Positions 54,795 to 64,000 of a stretch of DNA of 64,000 nucleotides are shown in pieces. This DNA comes from an uncultured Verrucomicrobiae bacterium (GTDB lineage: Bacteria; Verrucomicrobiota; Verrucomicrobiia; Palsa-1439), in NCBI GenBank assembly GCA_963812605.1, contig CAWEWF010000002.1:125120-189119 (forward strand). Reading direction: 5' to 3'. The stretch's first letter is position 1, and each line of letters starts with the position of its first letter. The notes beneath the pieces are model-generated. The model was not told the DNA's origin. It saw only the letters and a program-made list of their open reading frames with translations, and did not search any database. The position numbers and the translations under genes are program-made.

Positions 54795-56379
54795 TCACGC
54801 CCGCTTCTGCGGCCAGGTGTTCGTCGAGAATCTCCCGGACCGTCAACGCGCGGATGTTCGCGGCTTTGCCTTGCTGCTTGAAGAATCGATCGATTTCGGT
54901 AAGGCGCGTCGCCGCTGAGTAGTCGAAGGCGATGAAGAAGCCAAGCTTGTGCGGTCTTCGCGTGTCATCACTGCCTCGAATGCGTCGATATCCAGGGCGA
55001 CCGGCCTTGTCCTTCTGCTTCACCTGGATCGGATACCACACGTCCATGAACTCCAAATGGCCGGTTTCCTTACCGACGCTTCGCGGGCGCGGCGCTGACG
55101 GGATAAATGCGGCCGTCGATGCCCATGTCGCCGACTTTGACCTTATGTTCGGGATGCCGCCGAGCGCGATGACGGCCCAATTCTCGAACTCAAAAGGCGG
55201 AATCTCGCGGAGCTTTTCCTCTGTCCAAGGCAGATCGCGCACGACGAAACCGCGTCCAATCGCCAGAGTTTTTCATCTTCCGGCAGCTTGCAGACGTCGC
55301 GCAGGCGTTTCGCCATCACCCGGCAGGCTGTCGGCGAAACATCGATGCCGATCCACTGACGTTTCGAGATTCTGCGCCGCAACCAGCGCCGTGCCGCAGC
55401 CGCAGAAGGCGTCGAGCACGATGTCATTTTCGTTGCTGCTGGCTTTGACGATACGGTCCAGAAGGGCGAGTGGCTTTTGCGTTGGATAGCCGAGACGTTC
55501 CTGCGGCCTGCGAGTTGATCGGCTGAATGTCGTCCAAACGTCTGTCGAGCGGACCTGCCTTCTTCTCATCCAGATAGCGCTTCAATCGTGGCACTGCACC
55601 TTCGTTTGGCTGAATCCACCAGCCCTGCCTGTCGTAGCTTCTTCCATCCTTTCTTTGGTCCAACGCCAATACGGCTTTGTACTGCCAAGAAATTCATAAG
55701 TCAAGATTGGACGGTCTGGATTGCTGGATTCGTACAGGTCGTCCGAGTTGATATCGGCGACCATCGGGGTCGTCGCTGACGAATATTTTGCGGCTGTCTT
55801 TTCGTCAAGATTGTCGAGGTCGTATTCCATGAATGGACTGATTCCATGTCAACTCTTGCCGCCGCCGTAGTAAGAAAATCGTGTCGTGATTGTTTGCGGA
55901 TAGTCCTGTGAAAGCGAGACTCTGTGCGCCGAAGTTCGCTTCCAAATGATTTCGCTTTGGAAATTATTCTCCCCGAAAATCTGGTCGAGCATCACTTTGA
56001 CGTAATGGGAGGCGTGCCAGTCGCAGTGGTAGTAGAAGCTGCCGGTTTTTTTGAGGACGCGGGCGAGTTCGACGCAGCGCGGGCGCATGAATTCGATGTA
56101 GGCTTGCGTCGAGGCGTGCCGGTCATCGAACGAGCGCTTCTCTTTCGTCTCGCCCCAGAAGACTTCGTAGTTGCGGTTGGAGTTGAACGGCGGGTCGATG
56201 TAGATCAGGTCCACGCAGGCGTCGGGCAATTTCTTCAGTTGCTCCAGATTGTCGCCGCAGTAGATGACGCGCGTGTCCACGAGCGAGGAAGGTTTCGGGA
56301 AAGCTGCAGTCGGGGGAAGTGCGCGGTCGGGAGACCGGCGCACAACTTTGGAAGTGGGATCAGTTGCTTTCTTCGCCAT
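54795..56379 (-). pseudogene. Beta-class N6/N4 DNA methyltransferase fused to Mrr-like endonuclease domain, many frameshifts
   Basis: IYIDPPFNS (motif IV), YPTQKP, DAFCGCGT (motif I), FENWAV...IDG...IQVKQ...GFFIAFDY. Confidence 0.85.
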
Positions 56380-56414
56380 GGTGGGAGTGTAAGAATGGGG
56401 AGATTCGTTGACAA

Positions 56415-56478
56415 GCCCCGAAAGCTTTCGGGGCAGGCGCGAGGAATGGACGGCCCGCGCTCAGCGAGCGCGGCTACA
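56415..56478. repeat. Palindromic REP-like elements
   Basis: Perfect palindrome GCCCCGAAAGCTTTCGGGGC and CCGCGCTCAGCGAGCGCGGCTACA. Confidence 0.7.
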
Positions 56479-56719
56479 GCGGAAACGGCATCACCGCCGG
56501 ACGGCGCGGTGGGCCAGCAAACGCAAGGCTCTGGACATCGGATTCCGATAGTGGTATGATGGGGGTATGAGTCCAACAAGTTTGAGCGGAAAAGCGTTTC
56601 GCAGAAGCGCTGCTACACCGGCAGAATTCGATGGACGGAGCGGCGCGATACCCAAACGACAGGCATCGCACCCTACAATCAGAGGGAGAGGAAGGGGCCG
56701 CAAAAACATGTGTTTCTGC

Positions 56720-56820
56720 GAAACGAACCCGATTTAGTTGGACGAGAAAACGTAGTTTAACACCTTGTAGGACAAGTGGATACAAAGCAAATTTCCGAGG
56801 ATTACAATCGGGTTCGTTTC
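56720..56820. repeat. 101-bp element with perfect 15-bp terminal inverted repeats (MITE-like)
   Basis: GAAACGAACCCGATT...AATCGGGTTCGTTTC, AT-rich interior. Confidence 0.7.
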
Positions 56821-56986
56821 AGTTCGTAATGCTCATGCCCACTTGCATTACCCTGCGGGCCTCGAAACTACGCGAGGCGGTCTCGCGCCTTCCCAAGCGC
56901 TCGGCTTGGCGCGAAAACGACGTCGCGACGTTGATCATGACGGCGGTCGCAGACCGCCGCGACAGGGGGGTTATTACGGGCCGTGA

Positions 56987-57451
56987 TTATTGCGGTTTCT
57001 TCTTTTCTCCGCAGGCCCGGGCGATGATGGCGTCGAGCGAAAAGATGCCGGGGCCGAAAATCCATACAATCACCGCCGTAAGCAGGAACAAAAATGGGGC
57101 GGCGCTCACGAAGGCATCGGGATTGGTGAAGATGCCTTTGACCTTGTCGGAGTCGGCAGTCAGGTAGGCGATGACCATGGTGAAGATGAGCGGGACCGTG
57201 ATGATTCGCGAACCCAATCCCAGCAGAAGGAGCAGTCCGCCGATGCATTCGGTGCTACCGGCCATGATGGCGTTCAGCTTGGGCATCGGGATATTCAAGC
57301 TCTGGAAAAAATCGGCGGTTTTATTCAGGTTCGCCAAGTGAGCCCGGCCGGTGACGAAGAATTGCCACCCCCAATAGAGGCGGATGATCAATAGGAACAG
57401 GGATTGCAGTTGCGAAACCAGGCTGACGTACGATGCGTACAGTTTCTTCAT
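56987..57451 (-). CDS. DoxX family membrane protein (BufD-like)
   Basis: RLYWGWQF, TECIGGLLLLLGL-SR, GPGIFSLD. Confidence 0.9.
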   Translation of the reverse strand: MKKLYASYVSLVSQLQSLFLLIIRLYWGWQFFVTGRAHLANLNKTADFFQSLNIPMPKLNAIMAGSTECIGGLLLLLGLGSRIITVPLIFTMVIAYLTADSDKVKGIFTNPDAFVSAAPFLFLLTAVIVWIFGPGIFSLDAIIARACGEKKKPQ

Positions 57452-57533
57452 GATTTCACCCCTTCGGTCAATCAAGCTTGCGCGCGGCCAGTTGCCTGAG
57501 TTGCGTGTATCCTATTCGCGGGTCGCAGACTTT

Positions 57534-58982
57534 TCAAGCCGCATTGTCGGGGAACCTGAGCACGACGGTCGTGCCCGTGCCCGGCGTACTCTCGATGGCG
57601 ACGGTTCCACCATGGAGCGCGAGGATGGACTTCACAATCGCCAATCCGAGGCCGAGGCCTTGCGGATGCTGCGACCGCGAGCTATCGGCGCGATAAAAAC
57701 GGTCGAAGATGCGCGGCAAATGCTCGGGGTCGATTCCCGTTCCCGTATCGGTGACACTGATGTCAACCCATCCATCGCTGGGGCGGGCCACCGAGATCAG
57801 CACCTTGCCGCCGCGCTCCGTGTAGTGCAGCGCATTGGAGAGCAAATTGCCGAGCGCCTGGCGGAGGAGCAGCGGATCGGCGTTCAACTGCCCGTCCCCG
57901 GTGCAGGCGACCTGCACGCCCTGTTCCTCGGCGACGATGTCGTAAAACTCCCGCACCGCATCGATCTCACGGCGCACATCCAGCGGCGAGCGTTTCAGCA
58001 CGGTCTCGGCATTCTCCGCCCGGGCCAGGAAGAGCATGCTGTCAATTAATCGCGCCAACCGTCCGCATTCCTCCAGGCCGGAGGCGAGCACACGCTGGTA
58101 TTCTTCCGTCTCCCGCGGCTTGGAGAGCGAGACTTCCGCCTCACCCATGAGGTTGTTAATGGGCGTCCTCAATTCGTGGGCCATGTCCGCCGAAAACTGC
58201 GAAAGCCGCGCGAAGGAATCCTCAAGGCGACCGAGCATTTCGTCGAAGGCCCCTGCCAGCGCTGTCAATTCCTGCGGCCAATCCGTTGTGCCGATGCGCT
58301 CATGGAGCTGCGTCGGGCCGATGCGTTGCGCCGCCGAGGTGATTTTTGCGAGCGGTCGCATTCCCATTCCCGCCACAGCGATGCCAGCGGCGGCTGACAA
58401 ACCCAAGCCCAACAGGACTACTCCGGCCAGCCGCAATGCAAAATTCTGAACCAGCCGCTGTTCTTTAGAAGTATCCATGGCAATCTGGATCACGTTCTGG
58501 GTGCTGCCGTCGGACCCGACCTGTCCCCGTGCCGAAGCCAATAAAAACCATCTTCCATCGTGTGTGTGGACCTTCGTAAAGCGCCTTGGTGATTCGGTCA
58601 TTTCGGAAGGCGGCGGGAATTGGAAACCCCGTAAAGCGTCATCCATGTGTGGCGTTGCCGTAAATTCTCGTCCCTCCCCGTCGATTACCCGCGCATAGTA
58701 ATTTGGGTAAATGCCTTCGACGAAGATTTCGTAGTCCAGGAACTTGCGACTACCCGGGAGTTCGCGCAGCGCCGCCCGGATATCATGCACCTCATCGTCC
58801 GCGAACTGCCCGGCCAGATGATCGACGCTCCGCGCCAGCATCCAATAGACCAGAACGCAGCACACCGTCAGCACCGCCGCGGCTGAAAGCGTGTAGAGCA
58901 TCGTCAGCCGAAACGTAATGGACGACCACCAGCGCCGTGGCGGGTACAAGCCGACCGGCTGCTCAACGGTCTTCGAGGACAT
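57534..58982 (-). CDS. Heavy-metal sensor histidine kinase (CusS/CzcS-like)
   Basis: 2 [42 protein letters not shown]. Confidence 0.9.
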   Translation of the reverse strand: MSSKTVEQPVGLYPPRRWWSSITFRLTMLYTLSAAAVLTVCCVLVYWMLARSVDHLAGQFADDEVHDIRAALRELPGSRKFLDYEIFVEGIYPNYYARVIDGEGREFTATPHMDDALRGFQFPPPSEMTESPRRFTKVHTHDGRWFLLASARGQVGSDGSTQNVIQIAMDTSKEQRLVQNFALRLAGVVLLGLGLSAAAGIAVAGMGMRPLAKITSAAQRIGPTQLHERIGTTDWPQELTALAGAFDEMLGRLEDSFARLSQFSADMAHELRTPINNLMGEAEVSLSKPRETEEYQRVLASGLEECGRLARLIDSMLFLARAENAETVLKRSPLDVRREIDAVREFYDIVAEEQGVQVACTGDGQLNADPLLLRQALGNLLSNALHYTERGGKVLISVARPSDGWVDISVTDTGTGIDPEHLPRIFDRFYRADSSRSQHPQGLGLGLAIVKSILALHGGTVAIESTPGTGTTVVLRFPDNAA

Positions 58983-59634
58983 AGCCGACCCCGCGAACGG
59001 TGTGGACCAGTTTTTTCGCGAACGGCTCGTCAATCTTTTGCCGGAGGCGGCGGACGGCGACATCCACCACGTTCGTATCGCTGTCGAAGTTCATGTCCCA
59101 AACCTGCTCGGCGATGATCGTCCGCGAGAGAATCTCGCCGGCCCGCCGGGCCAGCAGCGACAGGAGATCAAATTCCTTGGCGGTAAGATCGATGCGTTTC
59201 CCGTCACGCATGACTTTGCGGCGGGGAAAGTCAATTTCCAGGTCGCTAAGTTTCAGCGTCTCCACCGGCCGGGACGGGCCGCGTCGCAAAATGGAACGCA
59301 TCCGCGCGAGTAACTCGGAGAACGCAAAGGGTTTCACCAAATAATCATCGGCGCCCAATTCGAGGCCTTTCACCCGGTCGTGGACCTGGTCCCGCGCCGT
59401 AAGGAACAACACGGGTGTCTGTTTCCCCGCGCGCCGCAACTCCGCAACCACCGACCAGCCGTCCCGACGCGGGAGCATCACGTCGAGAACCACGAGATCG
59501 TAGTTCCCCGTCTGCGCGAGATGCAATCCCTCCTCGCCATCGACGACACAGTCCGCCACGTAGCCGCCTTCGGAAAGCCCCTTTCGCAAATAAGCCGCTG
59601 TCTTCGGTTCATCCTCGACAATCAGAATGCGCAT
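58963..59634 (-). CDS. Heavy-metal response regulator (CusR/CzcR-like, OmpR family)
   Basis: [44 protein letters not shown]. Confidence 0.92.
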   Translation of the reverse strand: MRILIVEDEPKTAAYLRKGLSEGGYVADCVVDGEEGLHLAQTGNYDLVVLDVMLPRRDGWSVVAELRRAGKQTPVLFLTARDQVHDRVKGLELGADDYLVKPFAFSELLARMRSILRRGPSRPVETLKLSDLEIDFPRRKVMRDGKRIDLTAKEFDLLSLLARRAGEILSRTIIAEQVWDMNFDSDTNVVDVAVRRLRQKIDEPFAKKLVHTVRGVGYVLEDR

Positions 59635-59762
59635 TGGTTCATCTCCTTCGCAAATAGTCCTCCGGCACGGCTCCAAAGTACCGCTTCCCAACCTTGTTTG
59701 CCAAGAACTGGTTCTGCCTTTGATTACCCATCGCCGCTGGCTGCGGGCCGGCAATTCACTAC

Positions 59763-59791
59763 TTGACGGGGTGGACTCTGGACTGTAAAAG
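59763..59791 (+). promoter_or_regulatory. Putative sigma70 promoter of the mre operon
   Basis: TTGACG-N17-TAAAAG. Confidence 0.45.
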
Positions 59792-59895
59792 TGGCGCGGC
59801 TGTAATGACTTCGGGCCCCGACTTCGGTCAGACAAAGTCACCGTCGAGGGTCATCATGATTTTGAGTGGAGGGTGTGGGGAGACAAGCGATTTAG

Positions 59896-60923
<1,028 letters not shown>

Positions 60924-61046
60924 GCGCCATCCCACCTGCTCCACCCGCCGAAGAATTGATTTGTTGTTGTAGGCCCGCTGCCCTCAGCGGGCGCATATGC
61001 AAACGCCGCGTGAGGGCACGCGGCCTACAACGGCGCAAGGTTTTGA

Positions 61047-61829
61047 TTGAATCGGAAAAACTTGGTCATTATCGGATTGCTGGTGGTCGGCTGGATCGCG
61101 TTTCTGGGCCAACCCAATGCTTTCTCGGGTAAGCTGCGCATGATTTTTGTACAATTTGGCACGCCGTTCGTGAAACTGGGGGATTACTTTCCCTTCGTCC
61201 AGTCGCGTCGACTCCTCGCCCGGCAAAACGAGGAATTGCGACAGCAGAACGAGGCGTTGCGCCAACAGGTGCGCGCCCTGGGTGAAGCCGGAGACGAGAA
61301 CCTGCGCCTGCATCAGCTTCTCGGCCTGAAAGAGCGTGGCGCCTTCCACACCGTCACCGCGCGCGTCATCGGTCGCGACGCGTCCAACTGGTGGAAGAGC
61401 ATCCAGATCGACCACGGCACCAACGATGGGCTCCGCAAGAACCTGGCCGTACTCGACGCCGACGGCCTCGTCGGCAAAATTGTCTCGGTCACCAAGGGCG
61501 AAAGCCGCGTGCTTCTGCTCACCGATCCGAACTGCAAAGTGAGCGCCCTGCTGGAGAATACGCGCGAACCCGGTGTCGCCGCCGGGGTCGAAACCTCGTT
61601 CCGGTTTTCCCCGCACTGCGTGATGACCTATGTGAACCGTGATGCGAAGATCAAGCCCGGCGAGCCGGTGATCTCCTCCGGCCTCGGCGGCGTTTTCCCC
61701 AAGGGCATTCTCCTGGGGACCGTCATCGGTGCCCAACTCAACAAACAGACCGGGATGTACCAGGACGTCGACATCAAACCCGCAGTGGATTTTCGACGAC
61801 TGGAGGAAGTGCTGGTGGTTGCGGAATGA
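61047..61829 (+). CDS. mreC: Rod shape-determining protein MreC
   Basis: Coiled coil ENxRL, GLVGKI, SSGLGGVFPKG. Confidence 0.93.
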   Translation: MNRKNLVIIGLLVVGWIAFLGQPNAFSGKLRMIFVQFGTPFVKLGDYFPFVQSRRLLARQNEELRQQNEALRQQVRALGEAGDENLRLHQLLGLKERGAFHTVTARVIGRDASNWWKSIQIDHGTNDGLRKNLAVLDADGLVGKIVSVTKGESRVLLLTDPNCKVSALLENTREPGVAAGVETSFRFSPHCVMTYVNRDAKIKPGEPVISSGLGGVFPKGILLGTVIGAQLNKQTGMYQDVDIKPAVDFRRLEEVLVVAE

Positions 61830-62293
61830 GCACGCTCATCGCCATCGCGGGAATCCTGGTCGTCGCGGCGCTACAAACGCGGCTGCCGACGTTGGGGTGG
61901 CTCGGCGGCGTGCGCATCGAATTCTTACCCGCTCTTGTGGCGTATATCGCCCTGACAATGCCGCGCGGGCGCGCCATTTCGCTGGCACTCGCGGCGGGCC
62001 TGATGCAGGACGCGTTATCGGCGGCGCCGTTCGGCGTTTCGGCCCTGGCGTACGGCATTGCAGCCATCCTGATGACGAATCTGCGTGAGATCCTGGACCG
62101 CGACCTGCCCTGGGTGCAAATGGGCGCGGGTGCCCTGACCTCAACGGCGGTGGCGGTCATCGCGTTTTTCGCCATCGGCATTTCGTTCGGCATGGTTTTC
62201 AAGATGGTCCTCGTGGCATCGATTAGCGGGGTCGTCACGGCGGCGCTGTTCTTCACGCTGGATTACGCGCAGATGATTTGGGGGATCGCATGA
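61826..62293 (+). CDS. mreD: Rod shape-determining protein MreD
   Basis: Hydrophobic, GLMQDALS; position in operon. Confidence 0.85.
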   Translation: MSTLIAIAGILVVAALQTRLPTLGWLGGVRIEFLPALVAYIALTMPRGRAISLALAAGLMQDALSAAPFGVSALAYGIAAILMTNLREILDRDLPWVQMGAGALTSTAVAVIAFFAIGISFGMVFKMVLVASISGVVTAALFFTLDYAQMIWGIA

Positions 62294-64000
62294 TCATCAG
62301 CGCGCCTTCCCGAGAAAACAACCCGCGCTTGCGCGCGATCGGGACGATCATCGCCGCTGGATTGTTTCTCTTGCTCGGGGCCCTGTGGCGCGTGCAGGTG
62401 ATGCACGGCCAACACTACGACAACAAGCAGGACGCGCAATCGCTGCGCCGCATCCGCATTCCCGCGGCCCGCGGAGAAATTGTCGATCGCAACGGCGTCG
62501 TCCTCGCGAATAATCGCCCGAGCTACGACATCGCGATTTACCTCGATCAATTGGGCGTGTCCAAGAAGAGCAATGTCGTCGCCGTCGCCCAGGCAAGCCT
62601 GGGCGTGCTCGGCGCGGAACTCGGCCTCCAGACAACTCTCGCCGATCGCGACATCAAGATTCACTACCAGAGGCGCCGTCCCTTGCCCCTGCCAGTGTGG
62701 CGCGATCTTCACCCCGAAACGGTCGCGGCCTTTTCCGAGCGCGCCAGCAATCTTCCCGGCGCGGACCTGATCGTCATGCCCGTGCGCCAATACCCGCTCG
62801 GTTCGCTCGCGGCCCATTTGATCGGATACGTCGGCAAGGCGGACGTCGACGACGATGATGATGAAATCGAAAAGTTTTACTATTACCAACCCGACAGCGT
62901 GGGCAAGCAGGGAGTCGAGAAGGCGTGCGATGAATACCTGCGCGGTTCGCCGGGTGGGCGCACCATCCGCGTCAACCCCGCAGGCACCATCGCGGACGAT
63001 CTTGGCGAGAAAGAGGCGGAACGCGGCGGTCGGGTCACCTTGACAATCGACGTCCGCCTGCAGCGAATCTTGGAAAAGGCGTTGGGCGAAGCCCCGCCAA
63101 CTGCGGGCAAGCAGCTTTCCGGCGCGGCCGTGCTGTTGGACGCGCGCACGGGTGAAGTGCTGGCATCGGCCTCGGCGCCGGGTTTCGACCCCAATATTTT
63201 CAATCCAGGCACGCCCGGGCAAATGATCCAGGCGGTGATGAATAATCCCGCCAGTCCAATGCTGAATCGCACCATCGGCGCGCGGTACCCGCCCGGCTCG
63301 ACGTTCAAACCGATCACCCTGCTGGCCGGACTCGAGTCCGGCGTGATTTCGCCGCAGGACACCGTGGTGTGCCCCGGTTTTTTCACGATTGGCAACCACA
63401 CGTTTCGCTGCTGGAACCACACCGGCCATGGCCGCGTCGACGCCGAGACGGCGATCAAGGAATCCTGCGACGTGTGGTTCTACGAGCGAGGTTTGAAAAC
63501 AGGCGTGGATGCCATCACGAAGGTCGCCACGGAATTTGGCCTGGGTCAGCCGACGGGGTTTGACCTGGGGAGCGAGGGCCGGGGGTTGGTGCCGAGCGCC
63601 GCGTGGAAACGGGCGCAGCGCGGCGAAAAATGGTGGGATGGCGACACGGTCCAATTGTCGATTGGGCAAAGTTTCCTGCTGGTCACCCCTATGCAGATGG
63701 CCTGCGTGGCCGCGACGTTTGCCAATCGCGGCACCTGTTTGCGGCCGTATGTCGTCAAGCGCATCGAGTCCTCCGAGAGTCAGGTCGTGCATGAAGGTCA
63801 GCCGGATGTTCGCGCGCATTTGAGCGCGAAACCCCAGCAGATCGAATTTGTGCGCCATGCGATGCTCGGGGCGGTGCAGGAGACGGATGGCACGGCGCAT
63901 GCCGCAGCGGTGCAGGGATTGAGCGTGGCGGGGAAGACCGGCACGGCGCAGTACGACACGATCGTCGACGGCAAGACGCAGCGGCTGGATCGCGCGTGGT
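62290..64000 (+). CDS. mrdA: Penicillin-binding protein 2 (runs off the window)
   Basis: Manual translation: PAARGEIVDRNG, YPPGSTFK, SCD, IGQ, AGKTGTAQ. Confidence 0.93.
   Translation, partial: MIISAPSRENNPRLRAIGTIIAAGLFLLLGALWRVQVMHGQHYDNKQDAQSLRRIRIPAARGEIVDRNGVVLANNRPSYDIAIYLDQLGVSKKSNVVAVAQASLGVLGAELGLQTTLADRDIKIHYQRRRPLPLPVWRDLHPETVAAFSERASNLPGADLIVMPVRQYPLGSLAAHLIGYVGKADVDDDDDEIEKFYYYQPDSVGKQGVEKACDEYLRGSPGGRTIRVNPAGTIADDLGEKEAERGGRVTLTIDVRLQRILEKALGEAPPTAGKQLSGAAVLLDARTGEVLASASAPGFDPNIFNPGTPGQMIQAVMNNPASPMLNRTIGARYPPGSTFKPITLLAGLESGVISPQDTVVCPGFFTIGNHTFRCWNHTGHGRVDAETAIKESCDVWFYERGLKTGVDAITKVATEFGLGQPTGFDLGSEGRGLVPSAAWKRAQRGEKWWDGDTVQLSIGQSFLLVTPMQMACVAATFANRGTCLRPYVVKRIESSESQVVHEGQPDVRAHLSAKPQQIEFVRHAMLGAVQETDGTAHAAAVQGLSVAGKTGTAQYDTIVDGKTQRLDRAW

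Noticed and set aside
56400-56980. tRNA or att site bounding the insert
   Set aside because: No cloverleaf, no T-loop/CCA arrangement and no matching direct repeat at the other end were found.

Overview
GC-rich bacterial chromosomal segment, most likely Verrucomicrobiota/PVC (inferred from a Planctomycetes/Verrucomicrobia-type conserved protein, DUF2851 and GTAG/GTGG-type REP palindromes). Most of it is housekeeping: cinA-thpR-recA, AsmA-like protein, Gld-type ABC/DUF4340 cluster, galE, glgA, leuS, ClC channel, two M16 peptidases, tol-pal-tatAC, proS, pabB/pabC, dgt, miaA-hflX-amidase-radC and mreBCD-mrdA. The most interesting part is a minus-strand block at about 47.6-59.6 kb. It holds a CusRS-like heavy-metal two-component system, a DoxX gene, and a DUF692 (MNIO) RiPP cluster: a secreted six-Cys CKG-repeat precursor, DUF692, DUF2063 and an exported CxxC thioredoxin/(alpha/alpha) barrel DUF255 protein. 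A fatty-acid desaturase and an exported MsrA follow it. A ~3.6 kb foreign-looking insert (DNA methyltransferase-endonuclease fusion, orphan ORFs, palindromes) separates DoxX from the precursor. Other oddities: a pseudokinase-FGE/FHA gene pair, REP palindromes translated in frame inside pabB, and a diverged tandem copy of the glgA 3' end beside a PadR gene with a palindromic operator. Frameshifts in essential genes (leuS, mreB) point to indel sequencing errors, so pseudogene calls here are unreliable. No rRNA, tRNA or CRISPR array was seen. All family assignments come from motif recognition, not database searches.
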